64,000 nt of DNA from an uncultured Desulfobacter sp. (GCA_963665095.1 OY762069.1:4736001-4800000), one strand, 5' to 3'; shown: positions 10,231 through 20,602, counted from the first letter of the stretch. A program made the numbers and translations. The notes: generated from the letters alone by a model not told the origin.

Positions 10231-10323
10231 TAACATACTGAAATATAAGAAAATGTATGTAACTGCTGGGGCCGGGTGGTTATAAAAGAATAATTTGTAT
10301 ATCGTATAATTACGTTATATCGT
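10231..10323. promoter_or_regulatory. Putative IHF site and upstream activator sequence
   Basis: Minus strand TTTCAGTATGTTA (10231-10243) resembles the IHF consensus. Imperfect palindrome ATATCGTA-TAAT-TACGTTAT (10299-10318) and direct repeat TATATCGT (10298, 10316). Confidence 0.45.
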
Positions 10324-10537
10324 GACGTTTCCTTCCCCGGCAGGAGAGGTCACCCGGAACCGGTTAGAAATTCAGATCAAGATACCCATTTATGGTCAGT
10401 TGGTTTTAAATGATTTTTTATGGAAGATGCGTCGGAAGAGAAGGGCTTAGAATTTTTTATTGGAAATTAGATGGTTGTATGTGGCCTGCAGGCTCTTTGG
10501 TTCGGCTGACAGTCCTGGCAAAAGCTGCCCTGAACAG

Positions 10538-11092
10538 CTATTGGGCAGCGTCAGGCGGTACATTTTTTTGAATGATTGTTTTTAAGGCAGACAGAGCCTT
10601 TGACGCTTTATTTTTGGAGGGTATGTCCTTATTTGCATTTCTGATCAGCTGCCTTAATTGCTGGCGGTCAATATCAGGACTGCCGGAGAGGATTGATTCA
10701 AAACAAGCGTCATCCCAGGTCAGCAGCTTATCAAGAACGGCCTGACATTCCTCTTCCAACTGGAGATCTGAATCGGCTTTTGGGGTATAGAGACCCACCG
10801 GAGCCGCCTTTAACTGTTCAAGTTTTTCAAGAATAGGGTCGGGATCCACCTGTCTCATCAAGGTGCCGATGTACTGTCTGTGGCGCCTGGCAGCCACGTT
10901 TGATGTGATGGATCTGGCCGCCACCAGTGCTTTGAACAGGTCTGTGTCAAGCTCCAGCAGTTTCAACTGGGTGACGGATAGCTGGCTTAACTCCTCACCT
11001 AACTTCTGGAGCGCAGCGGCCTGTTTTTTTTTCCTGGTTTTGCTCAGGGGCAGGTCGTCGCCGTTGTCTGTATCAGAAGGGTAAAAATTCAT
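10538..11092 (-). CDS. darP: Ribosome biogenesis factor DarP (YjgA/DUF615)
   Basis: SKTRKK...LQKLGEEL, ARRHRQYIGTLMR and DRQQLRQLIRNA. Confidence 0.9.
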   Translation of the reverse strand: MNFYPSDTDNGDDLPLSKTRKKKQAAALQKLGEELSQLSVTQLKLLELDTDLFKALVAARSITSNVAARRHRQYIGTLMRQVDPDPILEKLEQLKAAPVGLYTPKADSDLQLEEECQAVLDKLLTWDDACFESILSGSPDIDRQQLRQLIRNANKDIPSKNKASKALSALKTIIQKNVPPDAAQ

Positions 11093-11158
11093 TTTTTTCT
11101 TCTTTCCTGCTTATATCTTGTGCCTGGCTGCTGTCTGTAATGGATCGCTTTAAAAAAG

Positions 11159-11680
11159 TCAATGGGTGGATTCTGTCTTTATCCGGGTCAGGTAAAATGT
11201 TTCCTGGATAATCAGTGCATCCGAGCTGGCCCTGTGCCGGGTCAGTTCCATGGTGTTGATAATGTTTGCCTTGGTGGCATGCCAGATTTCCATCTGGGGC
11301 TCGGTCAGTATCCGTTCCAGGGGGCTGATGCTGAAGGTCTGGCGGATGCCGGCCTCGGAAAAAAGCCGGGTGACCCAGGGTTTGTCCACGGTCCACCCGT
11401 CAGAATAGACTGTCTGTCCTTCCAGAAGTGTGTTCAGCTCCCGGGCCACATTTTCCAGGGGCTTTCCATACCGGCTCAGCATCTGCCGGGTAATGTGATG
11501 GGTGTCCTGGGCCGCTGCATCCCAGTGGGTCCAGTGTTCACAGGGGATGATCAGGCTGCAGTATCTTTTGTCTTTTTCAAGTGCTACGCCGATCTCAATG
11601 GGATAGGATTCGTAACCAAACCCAGACGCTTCCACATCCACAATAAAAGGCCTCAGCAGGCGGTTGTTGTTTCGTTTCAT
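11159..11680 (-). CDS. 3'-5' exonuclease-like protein (DEDD fold)
   Basis: VDVEASGF...YPIEIG and HRASSDA. Start moved to the MKRNNN ATG to avoid overlap with the divergent gene. Confidence 0.7.
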   Translation of the reverse strand: MKRNNNRLLRPFIVDVEASGFGYESYPIEIGVALEKDKRYCSLIIPCEHWTHWDAAAQDTHHITRQMLSRYGKPLENVARELNTLLEGQTVYSDGWTVDKPWVTRLFSEAGIRQTFSISPLERILTEPQMEIWHATKANIINTMELTRHRASSDALIIQETFYLTRIKTESTH

Positions 11681-11946
11681 ACACAGAGAAATGGTAAAAG
11701 TTGAAAAGAAATTATGTATAAAACTACGCTGTTTTTGGCAAAATGGCAAATTTCTTTTCAGGGTTTCTGCTGTAATTTTCCAATAATCATGCCGGTTACA
11801 GGATCTGTTATGGTGCATTTTTAATCTTATTGTTACTGTTTTCCGGCCAGATTTATTTATATATCCTCGAATAAGTGGCGGACGGCTCCGACAGGGACGC
11901 CTGCCTGCCCATGCCCTAAAGACATTTTCAGAAAAGGAGTTATTCA

Positions 11947-12942
11947 ATGACCTGTCAATCTTCAACGGTTTCCGTGGCAAACGCCATGGCTGCCAGGGAA
12001 ATATTAAAAAATCACCTTAAGCCCTCCCCTCTGCGCCGGTATCCGGGTCTTGACCGGCTGATCGGCGCAAAGGTGTATATCAAACACGAAAACCAGAATC
12101 CCACCGGCACCTTTAAAATCAGGGGCGGCATTACCCTGATGCACCATCTGGCCGCCCGGGGCGTAAAGGGGGCGATTACCTATTCAACGGGTAACCATGG
12201 AACTTCTGTGGGGACCAGCGCACGGATGTTTGATCTGTCTGCCGTGATTGTTGTACCCGAGCATTCAAATCCTCTGAAAGTTCAGAGCATCAAAGATAGC
12301 GGGGCGGACCTGATCGAACATGGAAAGGATTTTGAGGCTGCCGGAGAAAAGGTTTCCCAGCTTGCGGCAGAGCAGGGCCTTTACTTTGTTCATCCGGCCA
12401 ATGAACCCCACCTGGTGAATGGCGTGGCCACTGAATTTCTGGAAATTATAGAAGCGCTGCCGGACCTGGACACCATCATTATTCCCATCGGGGCCGGCAG
12501 TGAGGCGGCCGCCGCCATCACTGTTTTCAAAGCCATCCGGCCGGATGTTGAAATTATTGCGGTTCAGGCAGAAGCTGCCAGCGCGGCCTGGCAAAGCTGG
12601 AAGGAAAAACAGATTCTCACAGCTCCCAATACCACCTTTGCCGGAGGCGTGGCCACGGGAACGGCGTATGAATTGCCGTTCTCCCTGTATAAAGACGGTC
12701 TATCCGATTTTATCCTGCTCTCTGAAAATGAGCTTTACCAGGGAATCGCCCTGACGGCCCATCATACCCGGAATCTGGTGGAAGGCGCCGGCGGATCCTG
12801 TCTGCGGGCTGCGGTAAAAATCCGGGAGCATCTTCGGGGAAAAACCGTGGCTGTCCAGATGAGCGGGGCAAATGCATCCGCGGATGAAGTGCGAAAGGCC
12901 ATGTCTCTGGCCTGCTTTGAGACCGGCGTTATTGAGAAGTGA
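11947..12942 (+). CDS. PLP-dependent threonine/serine dehydratase family protein
   Basis: KHENQNPTGTFKIRG (PLP lysine), STGNHG, PIGAGS; no ACT domain. Confidence 0.88.
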   Translation: MTCQSSTVSVANAMAAREILKNHLKPSPLRRYPGLDRLIGAKVYIKHENQNPTGTFKIRGGITLMHHLAARGVKGAITYSTGNHGTSVGTSARMFDLSAVIVVPEHSNPLKVQSIKDSGADLIEHGKDFEAAGEKVSQLAAEQGLYFVHPANEPHLVNGVATEFLEIIEALPDLDTIIIPIGAGSEAAAAITVFKAIRPDVEIIAVQAEAASAAWQSWKEKQILTAPNTTFAGGVATGTAYELPFSLYKDGLSDFILLSENELYQGIALTAHHTRNLVEGAGGSCLRAAVKIREHLRGKTVAVQMSGANASADEVRKAMSLACFETGVIEK

Positions 12943-12951
12943 TTGCGGGGC

Positions 12952-12981
12952 TTGACTTGTACTGACCAGTCAGTTTATGGT
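12952..12981 (+). promoter_or_regulatory. Sigma-70-like promoter with TetR-type palindromic operator
   Basis: TTGACT...TATGGT with the palindrome ACTGAC-CA-GTCAGT (12961-12974) in the spacer. Confidence 0.55.
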
Positions 12982-13013
12982 TTGCATAAACCATCTCTTT
13001 TCAGGAGTGAGAT

Positions 13014-14249
13014 ATGCAGACCATGATTTCCGTACGTGTATATGGATACCGTTGGGTTGTACTCGGGGTCTTTGCCCTGATTACTGCTGTTATTGAAGTC
13101 CAGTGGCTGACCTTTGCCCCCATTGCCAGGGAGGCAAGACTCTTTTACGACGTCTCACCTCTGGCCGTGGATTTCCTATCCCTTATCTTTATGGGGGTCT
13201 TTCTCATTGTCTGCATTCCGGCCTCCTGGGTCATTGACTCCTGGGGGTTAAGGCCAGGCCTTATCATCGGGGCGGTCCTCACCGGCGGGTTCAGCCTGAT
13301 GAAAGGGCTGTTTGCCCATAGCTATGCCATGGTGGTTCTGGCCCAGATCGGCCTTGCTGTGGCACAGCCCTTTATCCTTAACGCTGCGACCAAGGTGGCA
13401 GCCCTCTGGTTTCCTTTGAAGGAGAGGGCCATCGCTGTGGGCATTGGCACCCTGGCCCAGTTTGTGGGCATTATCATCGTCATGGTGGCTACGCCTGTGA
13501 TGATCGGACAGGGACCAGACATTGAGCTTTCTTTCATGCTCATGACCTATGGCTGGATATCCGTTGTTTCAGCCATAATTCTGATTATTTTTCTCCGGGA
13601 AAAACCGCCGGTGCCGCCTGAAGCCGAAACATCTGAAATGCCGCCGGATATCAAAGAGAGCGCATCCCATATCCTGTCCCGGCCGGATATGAAGCTGGTT
13701 TTCCCCATGTTTTTCATCGGCCTTGGCATGTTCAACGCTATCTCCACCTGCCTTGACCAGGTCTGCCAGCTCAAGGGCCTGAATGTGGAGCAGACCGGAC
13801 TGATCGGGGGGATTATGCTGGTGGCAGGCATTTTAGGGGCGATTATTCTGCCCCTGCTTTCGGACCGGTACCAGCGCCGGAAGGCCTTTATCGTGCTGGC
13901 CATGGCCGGGATGGCCCCGGGGCTTGCCGGCCTGGTTTTCTTTAATGCTTTTATCCCGGTGCTGGTCTCCTCCTTTGTCATGGGATTTTTTCTTTTAGGG
14001 GCGGGTGCGCCGGTGGGGTTCCAGTACTGCGCGGAAATTACCCGTCCTGCCCCGGAATCCCTGTCCCAGGGCCTGCTTTTGTTCACCGGCCAGATATCAG
14101 GTGTGCTTTTCATCCTGTTCATGAACCTGGCCGGCATCTATTTTTCCATGCTGATTTTTTTAGGCCTGGCTCTCATTAATATCGGGCTGAGCCTGGGTCT
14201 TCGGGAGTCCGCCGTGATTCTCGCTGCCCGGTTGAAAGATAAAATCTGA
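13014..14249 (+). CDS. MFS transporter (FLVCR/SLC49-like)
   Basis: VYGYRWVVL, QWLTFAPI, AQPFILN..TKVAALWFP..ERA; about 12 TMs. Confidence 0.8.
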   Translation: MQTMISVRVYGYRWVVLGVFALITAVIEVQWLTFAPIAREARLFYDVSPLAVDFLSLIFMGVFLIVCIPASWVIDSWGLRPGLIIGAVLTGGFSLMKGLFAHSYAMVVLAQIGLAVAQPFILNAATKVAALWFPLKERAIAVGIGTLAQFVGIIIVMVATPVMIGQGPDIELSFMLMTYGWISVVSAIILIIFLREKPPVPPEAETSEMPPDIKESASHILSRPDMKLVFPMFFIGLGMFNAISTCLDQVCQLKGLNVEQTGLIGGIMLVAGILGAIILPLLSDRYQRRKAFIVLAMAGMAPGLAGLVFFNAFIPVLVSSFVMGFFLLGAGAPVGFQYCAEITRPAPESLSQGLLLFTGQISGVLFILFMNLAGIYFSMLIFLGLALINIGLSLGLRESAVILAARLKDKI

Positions 14250-14406
14250 CAGTCCATTCTCCGGACCGGTTTCATGGGGAAATTACGTTTCATACCCTGT
14301 TTTTGTTGATTCATCCCATTTCATTAAATACTTCTAATTAATGCGGTTATGATCTCCGTAACGATGACCAAGGAAGTTTTTCCTTAAATTCAGAAGGAGA
14401 TTATAA

Positions 14407-15081
14407 ATGTGTCTGATCGTACTTGAAAATGTTGAAAAGCACTATCATCTGGGGCAGGTCCGGATGACGGCCCTGCAAAATGTCAGCGCAGGGTTTGACA
14501 AAGGGGAGTTTACGGCAGTCTGGGGACCGTCGGGCAGCGGAAAGACAACCCTGCTCAATTTAATCGGTACCATTGACGAGCCCAGTTCCGGAAAAATCTA
14601 TATCAACGGCAAAGACGTATCTGGGATGTCGGATAATGAAAAATCCGATTACCGGAACCGGCAGATCGGATTTGTATTTCAAAACTTCAACCTGATACCG
14701 GTGCTGTCGGCACTGGAAAATGTCATGCTGCCGCTGCAGATCCAGAAGCAGACAAAAGCAACTGCCCGCAAAAAAGCAATGAAACGGCTGGACCAGGTGG
14801 GACTCGGACATTTAGCAGAAAGCCGGCCGGATAAAATGTCCGGAGGTCAGCGCCAGCGGGTGGCCATTGCAAGGGCCCTTGTCACAGACCCGGAAGTGGT
14901 TATTGCCGATGAACCCACCGCCAACCTGGATCTTGCAACCTCCATTCATATCATTGACATCATGCAGACCCTGAATAAGGAAGACGGGGCCACTTTTTTA
15001 TTTTCAACCCATGACCCAAGGCTTTTAGACCGGATGGCCCGCCTGGTTAAATTAGAAGACGGCCATATAGCGGATGCCTAA
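14407..15081 (+). CDS. ABC transporter ATP-binding protein (LolD/MacB-like)
   Basis: GPSGSGKT, MSGGQRQRVAIARAL, ADEPT. Confidence 0.95.
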   Translation: MCLIVLENVEKHYHLGQVRMTALQNVSAGFDKGEFTAVWGPSGSGKTTLLNLIGTIDEPSSGKIYINGKDVSGMSDNEKSDYRNRQIGFVFQNFNLIPVLSALENVMLPLQIQKQTKATARKKAMKRLDQVGLGHLAESRPDKMSGGQRQRVAIARALVTDPEVVIADEPTANLDLATSIHIIDIMQTLNKEDGATFLFSTHDPRLLDRMARLVKLEDGHIADA

Positions 15082-15097
15082 ATAAAGGAGTGTTATT

Positions 15098-16345
15098 ATG
15101 AATCAGTTACGTCAATGGCTGACACTGGCCTTTAGAAATATTCTTAAAAGCAGACGGCGGACCATTGTCTCTTTAATGGCCATTGGGTTTGGTTTCGCCG
15201 CCATCGCCCTTTTTAAGGGATATATCCACAATATATATCAGGGGCTTCGGGGCTCGGCTATCCACGGGGCCGGCATCGGACACTTAACTGTTTATGCCAG
15301 GGGCTGGCAGGCCCATGGAAAATCAGATCCGCAACAGTACATGCTTTCAAAAGAGGCCATGGAAAAAATTGCCAAGATTGCCGGGAAAACCGATCATGTG
15401 GTTTTGACAAGTCCAAGGCTGTCTATCTCGGGCCTGGTTTCCAACGGTAAAGTTTCAACCATTTTTATTGCCACAGGGGTGGTACCGGCGCATGACAAAC
15501 AGATCAAAGGCGAGTTTGCCGCCTACAGCCCCATAACAGGCGAGCCGCTGAACCCGGACCAGCCGTACAGCGTGGAGATGGCCCAGGGGCTGGCGGAACT
15601 GTTTGAACTAAAATCCGGTGATGACGCCGTGGTCATGGGGACCTCTCTGGAGGGCCAGATGAATGCGCTGGACCTTCACATCAACGGCACATACAACACC
15701 GGTGTTGCCGACACCAATGATAAGTATATTAAAGTGCCGTTGTCCTTTGCCCAGTCTTTTTACGATACGCAACAGGCCGACAGCATGGTGGTTCTGCTGG
15801 ATGACTGGCAGCAGACGAATCAGGTCCGCCAGGAACTTTTAGCGCGGTTGTCACAGGCCGGGGTTGATGTGGAGATCAAAACCTGGAAAGAGCTGTCTGC
15901 CTTTTACAACAATGTGCGCAACATGTTTGACATGGTCTTTTTATTTATCTTTGCCATTGTGTTTATCATTGTGATCATGAGCACCACCAATACCATGGGC
16001 ATGGCCGTGGTGGAGCGGACAAGGGAGATCGGCACCCTCAGGGCCTTAGGCCTTAAACGCCGCGGGGTCAGTCTGTTGTTTGCGGCTGAGGGCTGGCTTT
16101 TAGGCGTGTTCGGCTGCCTGTTCGGGCTTGTTCTTCATGCCGGAGCATGGGCGCTGATATCCTTTCTTAAGCCGTCCTATATCCCGCCTGGGAATTCAAG
16201 TCCTGTGGCACTGATCGTGGATTTTATGCCGGGAAGTCTCATCCGCCTGATGATTTTCATGACATGCCTGGCCCTTATCAGCGCCATTGTTCCTGCCCGG
16301 CGGGCGGCAAAGCAGAATGTAGTGGAGTCCCTGACCCATGTTTAG
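15098..16345 (+). CDS. FtsX/LolE-like ABC permease
   Basis: AFRNILKSRRRT, large periplasmic loop, ERTREIGTLRALG, PARRAA. Confidence 0.9.
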   Translation: MNQLRQWLTLAFRNILKSRRRTIVSLMAIGFGFAAIALFKGYIHNIYQGLRGSAIHGAGIGHLTVYARGWQAHGKSDPQQYMLSKEAMEKIAKIAGKTDHVVLTSPRLSISGLVSNGKVSTIFIATGVVPAHDKQIKGEFAAYSPITGEPLNPDQPYSVEMAQGLAELFELKSGDDAVVMGTSLEGQMNALDLHINGTYNTGVADTNDKYIKVPLSFAQSFYDTQQADSMVVLLDDWQQTNQVRQELLARLSQAGVDVEIKTWKELSAFYNNVRNMFDMVFLFIFAIVFIIVIMSTTNTMGMAVVERTREIGTLRALGLKRRGVSLLFAAEGWLLGVFGCLFGLVLHAGAWALISFLKPSYIPPGNSSPVALIVDFMPGSLIRLMIFMTCLALISAIVPARRAAKQNVVESLTHV

Positions 16346-16469
16346 AAGCCATCTCAAAAAAATCTTTTGGCCCAAGTGTGAGCTGATGCTCCTCTGGTTG
16401 GATCAAAACCTTTATTTTGGGAAAGCTTCTAACAGTACTGAACTAAATATATCCGACAAAGGAAAACCC

Positions 16470-17216
16470 ATGAAATATCTTATTCTTTTATCCATGGCTG
16501 TGATGACCGTTTTTTCACCAGGCAGAGCCCGGGCCTCGGGTATGGAGGCTGCGGGTCTTGCCCTTCAGGCATCAGACCTGTCCCGGGGAAATGTATCCGG
16601 GATCCAGTGGAACATTGACATTGAATCCATTACCGCTAAAAGAACACAGGCGAACAAATTGAATGTCCTGGTCAAAGGCACCAACTGCCTGGCTGAGTAC
16701 CTGGCCCCTGCTAGGATCAGGGGGCAGAAGCTGCTCATGCAGGACCGCAACATGTGGTTTATCAAACCGGGCCTGTCCAGAGCAGTTCCCATTTCACCGA
16801 GACAAAAACTTTTAGGCGGCGCATCAAACGGAGATATTGCTTCGACCAACTATGCCGGGGATTACACCATTGAATCGGTTGAAGACGAAGATGTCAATAA
16901 TGCCCCCTGTTTTGTGTATGAATTAAAGGCCAAAAACAAAAAGGTGACCTATGACAGGATTCGCTACTGGGTGTCAAAAGAGCGGCAGGTTGGCCTGAAA
17001 GCACAGTTTTTTACCCTGTCGGGCAAAATGTTTAAAACCGCCCTGTTTGAATATGACCATACCATCAGAATCAATGGGGAGGACCGGCCTTTTGTCTCCA
17101 GAATGATCATTGAAAATGCCGTGGGGGAAGCGGAGAAGACCATCATGGTGTATCATGGCATACAGATACGGGAGATCAACGCATCCGCCTTTAACCTGAA
17201 CCTGCTGGTCCGGTAA
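16470..17216 (+). CDS. Outer membrane lipoprotein-sorting (LolA-like) periplasmic protein
   Basis: Signal peptide from MKYLILL after an AAGGA RBS; PISPRQKLLG.ASNGDIA; typical gene context. Confidence 0.75.
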   Translation: MKYLILLSMAVMTVFSPGRARASGMEAAGLALQASDLSRGNVSGIQWNIDIESITAKRTQANKLNVLVKGTNCLAEYLAPARIRGQKLLMQDRNMWFIKPGLSRAVPISPRQKLLGGASNGDIASTNYAGDYTIESVEDEDVNNAPCFVYELKAKNKKVTYDRIRYWVSKERQVGLKAQFFTLSGKMFKTALFEYDHTIRINGEDRPFVSRMIIENAVGEAEKTIMVYHGIQIREINASAFNLNLLVR

Positions 17217-17228
17217 TTGAGAGGTGTC

Positions 17229-18512
17229 ATGATTATATGTGACTTGATGGTCATACGGATTTTAGCGATTTCCTGTGTGGCATTCTTCTTAATGCCTTGT
17301 TCTGCCGCAGCCCTTGATACGGGGATCAAATTTTATACCCTTGCTGAAATAACGGAAACCGCAGAGTCGTCCAGGAACCCGGACAACCGGTTTGCAAAGA
17401 TTTCGAATCAGCACCTCAGGGCGGTTCTTAAAGCGGATTTATATGAATCCCTGGGCAAATGGCAGCTGTCTGCCCGGCCCAGATTGAAACTGGGCTGGGA
17501 CAAGGCAGAATTCGGCGGGCAAGATGAAGAAACCGCTGATATCAGCGTTGAGATGATGGAGTTTGGCATCCGCTACATGATCAGCAACGATGTTTTGGCA
17601 GGCTATGGCCGGGAAAACCTTCAGTGGGGACCATGCTTTTTATATTCACCATCCAATCCTTTTTTCACGGATAACGGCAAAAAAGATCTGATCCAGGATT
17701 TTGAGGGCAAGGGAATCGCCAAGCTGGTATGGGTCAAGGATTTTAACTGGTCTTTCTCACTGATGTGCAACACGGATAAGGGGGCTGTGGATGAAACTGA
17801 CTTTCAGAAAACCTATGCGCTGAAAATTGATTACGCGAACAGCCAGGGATACGGGTCTGCTGTGATCTCCTGCCAAGATCACAGCCGGGCAAAGCTCGGG
17901 ATGTACGGGGGAATAACCGCCACAGACGCCCTGATCATTTACAGTGAAGCCGGGTTTCAGCAGGGAAGCGATGCCTGGTATCCCCGGGAAAGCGAGAACT
18001 CGACCCTTAAATGGGAAATGGTGCAAAGCAAAGAAAACAGCGATAAAATTTTTTCAACCCTTATCGCGGGCGCAAGCTATACCTTTGAATCTGGAAATAC
18101 CCTGAGCCTTGAGTATCTTTATTACGGGCAGGGTTACGATGACAGTGAGGCATCGGATTTTAAACAGCTGATTACTGCGGCAGAGCGGTTTTATACGTCC
18201 AGCAGTGAATTGTCCGGATATGGGGAAAAGCTTTTAGGCAAAAGCGCTGCGGACGGCCGTGATTTCCTGCGGCAAAACTATCTTATGGCCCAGTACCTGA
18301 ATGATGAGATTTTACCCGATACAGACCTGATTTTGCGGATCACCTATTGCATGGATGACCAGGCAGTCCGGTTCTATTCGTCGGTAAATTATAATCTGAG
18401 CGACAGCATCGAGTTCAAAGCGGCGACCACAATAAACACAGCCGGGTCAGATGAATCCTTTGCCGGGTTCATGCGTTACCAGGTTCAGGCTGCTGTGGAA
18501 TATTCATATTGA
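17229..18512 (+). CDS. Putative outer membrane beta-barrel protein
   Basis: Signal peptide, GRENLQWG...YSPSNPF, C-terminal aromatic residue; follows the LolA-like gene. Confidence 0.6.
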   Translation: MIICDLMVIRILAISCVAFFLMPCSAAALDTGIKFYTLAEITETAESSRNPDNRFAKISNQHLRAVLKADLYESLGKWQLSARPRLKLGWDKAEFGGQDEETADISVEMMEFGIRYMISNDVLAGYGRENLQWGPCFLYSPSNPFFTDNGKKDLIQDFEGKGIAKLVWVKDFNWSFSLMCNTDKGAVDETDFQKTYALKIDYANSQGYGSAVISCQDHSRAKLGMYGGITATDALIIYSEAGFQQGSDAWYPRESENSTLKWEMVQSKENSDKIFSTLIAGASYTFESGNTLSLEYLYYGQGYDDSEASDFKQLITAAERFYTSSSELSGYGEKLLGKSAADGRDFLRQNYLMAQYLNDEILPDTDLILRITYCMDDQAVRFYSSVNYNLSDSIEFKAATTINTAGSDESFAGFMRYQVQAAVEYSY

Positions 18513-18573
18513 AAGATCAAATAAACCGTGTCAGGATACCACCTGCATTGGATAAAGCCCAAGGTTTTATAAA

Positions 18574-19653
18574 ATGAAACTACCGATGTTTGAATACCGA
18601 AAATTCTCCTGGAGTCATCTGGTACGGGAAATCGTTGTGATTTCGTTGTGCTCTGTTGTTATGGCATTGATTTTCATGTTGATAACTTCAGAAAATTGCT
18701 CCACCAATATTTATCTGAAATACCTTATTATATCTGAGATTATGGGGCTTTGTATCGGATTGCCCTGCTGTGTTTTATTTCCTTTATTAAAACCGGACAG
18801 GGCTGTTTACCAGGTTATGCTGCTCACCGGCTGCGTTTTCGGGGGATCTGTTCTTGGCGGCGTTATATCCAGTCCCATTTTGAGTAATGAGTTCGGTGTG
18901 GAGAATACACCGTTTCCCACTTCAACCATCCTGATCGGCATTATTCTGGGGTTTATCATCTCCTTTGGATTTATTGCCTGGGAGCGCTTCCTTTCAATTA
19001 AGCTGGCAATGGGCGAAGAAAAGCTTGCCCGGATCTCCCTTGAAAAGGAGAAAATCAATGCTGATTTGAAACTGCTGCAGGCCCAGGTGGAACCCCATTT
19101 CCTTTTTAATACCTTGTCTAATATTTTAAGCCTGTTGGACCATGACGTGGATACCGGAAAACAGATGCTCGAGAATCTGACCGCCTATCTGCGCACCTCT
19201 TTGCTGCAGTCCAGGAAAGAAAGAAATCTCATCGGGCAGGAGGTGGAGAGCATCCAAAGCTATCTGGATATTTTTAAGATCCGCATGGGGGATCGCTTGA
19301 GTTATTCCATGGATTTCCCGGAGGAGGTCTTACACCTTCCCATTCCTCCCATGATGATCCAGCCCCTGGTTGAAAACTGTGTCAAACACGGGCTTGAGCC
19401 CAAGATAGACGGCGGGCATATCACGCTTAAAGGTGCGTTAAAACAGAACCGGCTGATCATTGAAGTGTCAGATACCGGGGCCGGCGTTCAGGAAAAGTCC
19501 GGGTCCGGGGTTGGCACCGGCAATATTAAAAAACGGCTCAAAGCCATGTATGGGGATGAGGCGGGTCTAAGATTTGAAGACATGGCCCCCAGCGGCCTTA
19601 AAGCCATAATGGAGATCCCTTATGACCCGGATCACAGCACTGATCGCAGATGA
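18574..19653 (+). CDS. LytS-type sensor histidine kinase
   Basis: LQAQVEPHFLFNTL, QPLVENCVKHG; 4 N-terminal TMs. Confidence 0.92.
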   Translation: MKLPMFEYRKFSWSHLVREIVVISLCSVVMALIFMLITSENCSTNIYLKYLIISEIMGLCIGLPCCVLFPLLKPDRAVYQVMLLTGCVFGGSVLGGVISSPILSNEFGVENTPFPTSTILIGIILGFIISFGFIAWERFLSIKLAMGEEKLARISLEKEKINADLKLLQAQVEPHFLFNTLSNILSLLDHDVDTGKQMLENLTAYLRTSLLQSRKERNLIGQEVESIQSYLDIFKIRMGDRLSYSMDFPEEVLHLPIPPMMIQPLVENCVKHGLEPKIDGGHITLKGALKQNRLIIEVSDTGAGVQEKSGSGVGTGNIKKRLKAMYGDEAGLRFEDMAPSGLKAIMEIPYDPDHSTDRR

Positions 19654-20374
19654 TGAAGCAGAGTTAAGGGGACACCTGGAAAGACAGCTGGCACAGCTGT
19701 GGCCGGAGCTGGTTATTCTGGGCCAGGCAAAAAACGGCGTTGAGGCCCTGGAGATGGTCCAGGCACTCTGTCCGGACATTGTATTTCTTGATATCAAAAT
19801 GCCCGGCTTAAACGGCATTGAGGTGGCACGAAAGATCTGCGGGCAATGCTCAATTGTTTTTATTACCGCCTATGATCAGTACGCCATCGAAGCCTTTGAA
19901 AACGAAGCACTGGATTATATTCTTAAACCTGTGGAAAAAAAGCGACTGCTCAACTGTATCAACCGCTGTAAAAAAAGGATTTCAAAACCAAAACCGGATC
20001 TTGCTAAGCTTCTTTCCGGTCTTGAAAAAAAGCTTGGCAGGTCAAAAGAGTTCCTGCAATGGATCCGCGCCCAGCACGGGGACACCATCCGTCTGATTCC
20101 CGTGGAGGATGTGCTGGTGTTCAAATCTGCGGATAAATACACGTTGGTCATCACCGCAGACAAAGAGTCCATTATCCGCAAAACCATCAAAGAACTCGAA
20201 GCAGAACTGGACCCGGAAAAATTCTGGAAAATCCACCGGGGCAGTATTGTAAATGTCTCCTGCATCCGGCAGGTCAGCAAATCATTGACCGGTAAATATG
20301 TTCTTAAGATAAACGGATTTGATGAGCCCCTCATGGTCTCCCGTTCCTACACCCATCTGTTCAGGCAGATGTAA
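19622..20374 (+). CDS. LytTR-family response regulator
   Basis: REC domain (ADDE, FLDIKMP, TAY, KP) plus LytTR motif FWKIHRGSIVN. Confidence 0.93.
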   Translation: MTRITALIADDEAELRGHLERQLAQLWPELVILGQAKNGVEALEMVQALCPDIVFLDIKMPGLNGIEVARKICGQCSIVFITAYDQYAIEAFENEALDYILKPVEKKRLLNCINRCKKRISKPKPDLAKLLSGLEKKLGRSKEFLQWIRAQHGDTIRLIPVEDVLVFKSADKYTLVITADKESIIRKTIKELEAELDPEKFWKIHRGSIVNVSCIRQVSKSLTGKYVLKINGFDEPLMVSRSYTHLFRQM

Positions 20375-20602
20375 ATTCCGGGGCACAACTTGGATGACCG
20401 GGCGCCTTGGGGTGGGAATTGGGGGGCGCATCTTTCCCATTTTATTTTTTATCAAGTGCCGGTGTCCCTTGATAGGCAATGTTTTTCAACTTTTGTATCC
20501 CTGTGACTGTTGAAGAGATGATTATAAGAGTTGAATTTGGTATGATAAACTACTAATCTGAAAAGGTTTCATCACCATTTTAGCATATTTAAGGATATAA
20601 TT

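Noticed and set aside
11870..11946. Possible riboswitch before the dehydratase gene
   Set aside because: Only an imperfect GC hairpin; no recognisable aptamer consensus.
11681..11980. N-terminal extension of the 273-aa ORF
   Set aside because: Crosses an AT-rich divergent intergenic region and overlaps the next gene; the real start is probably 11680.
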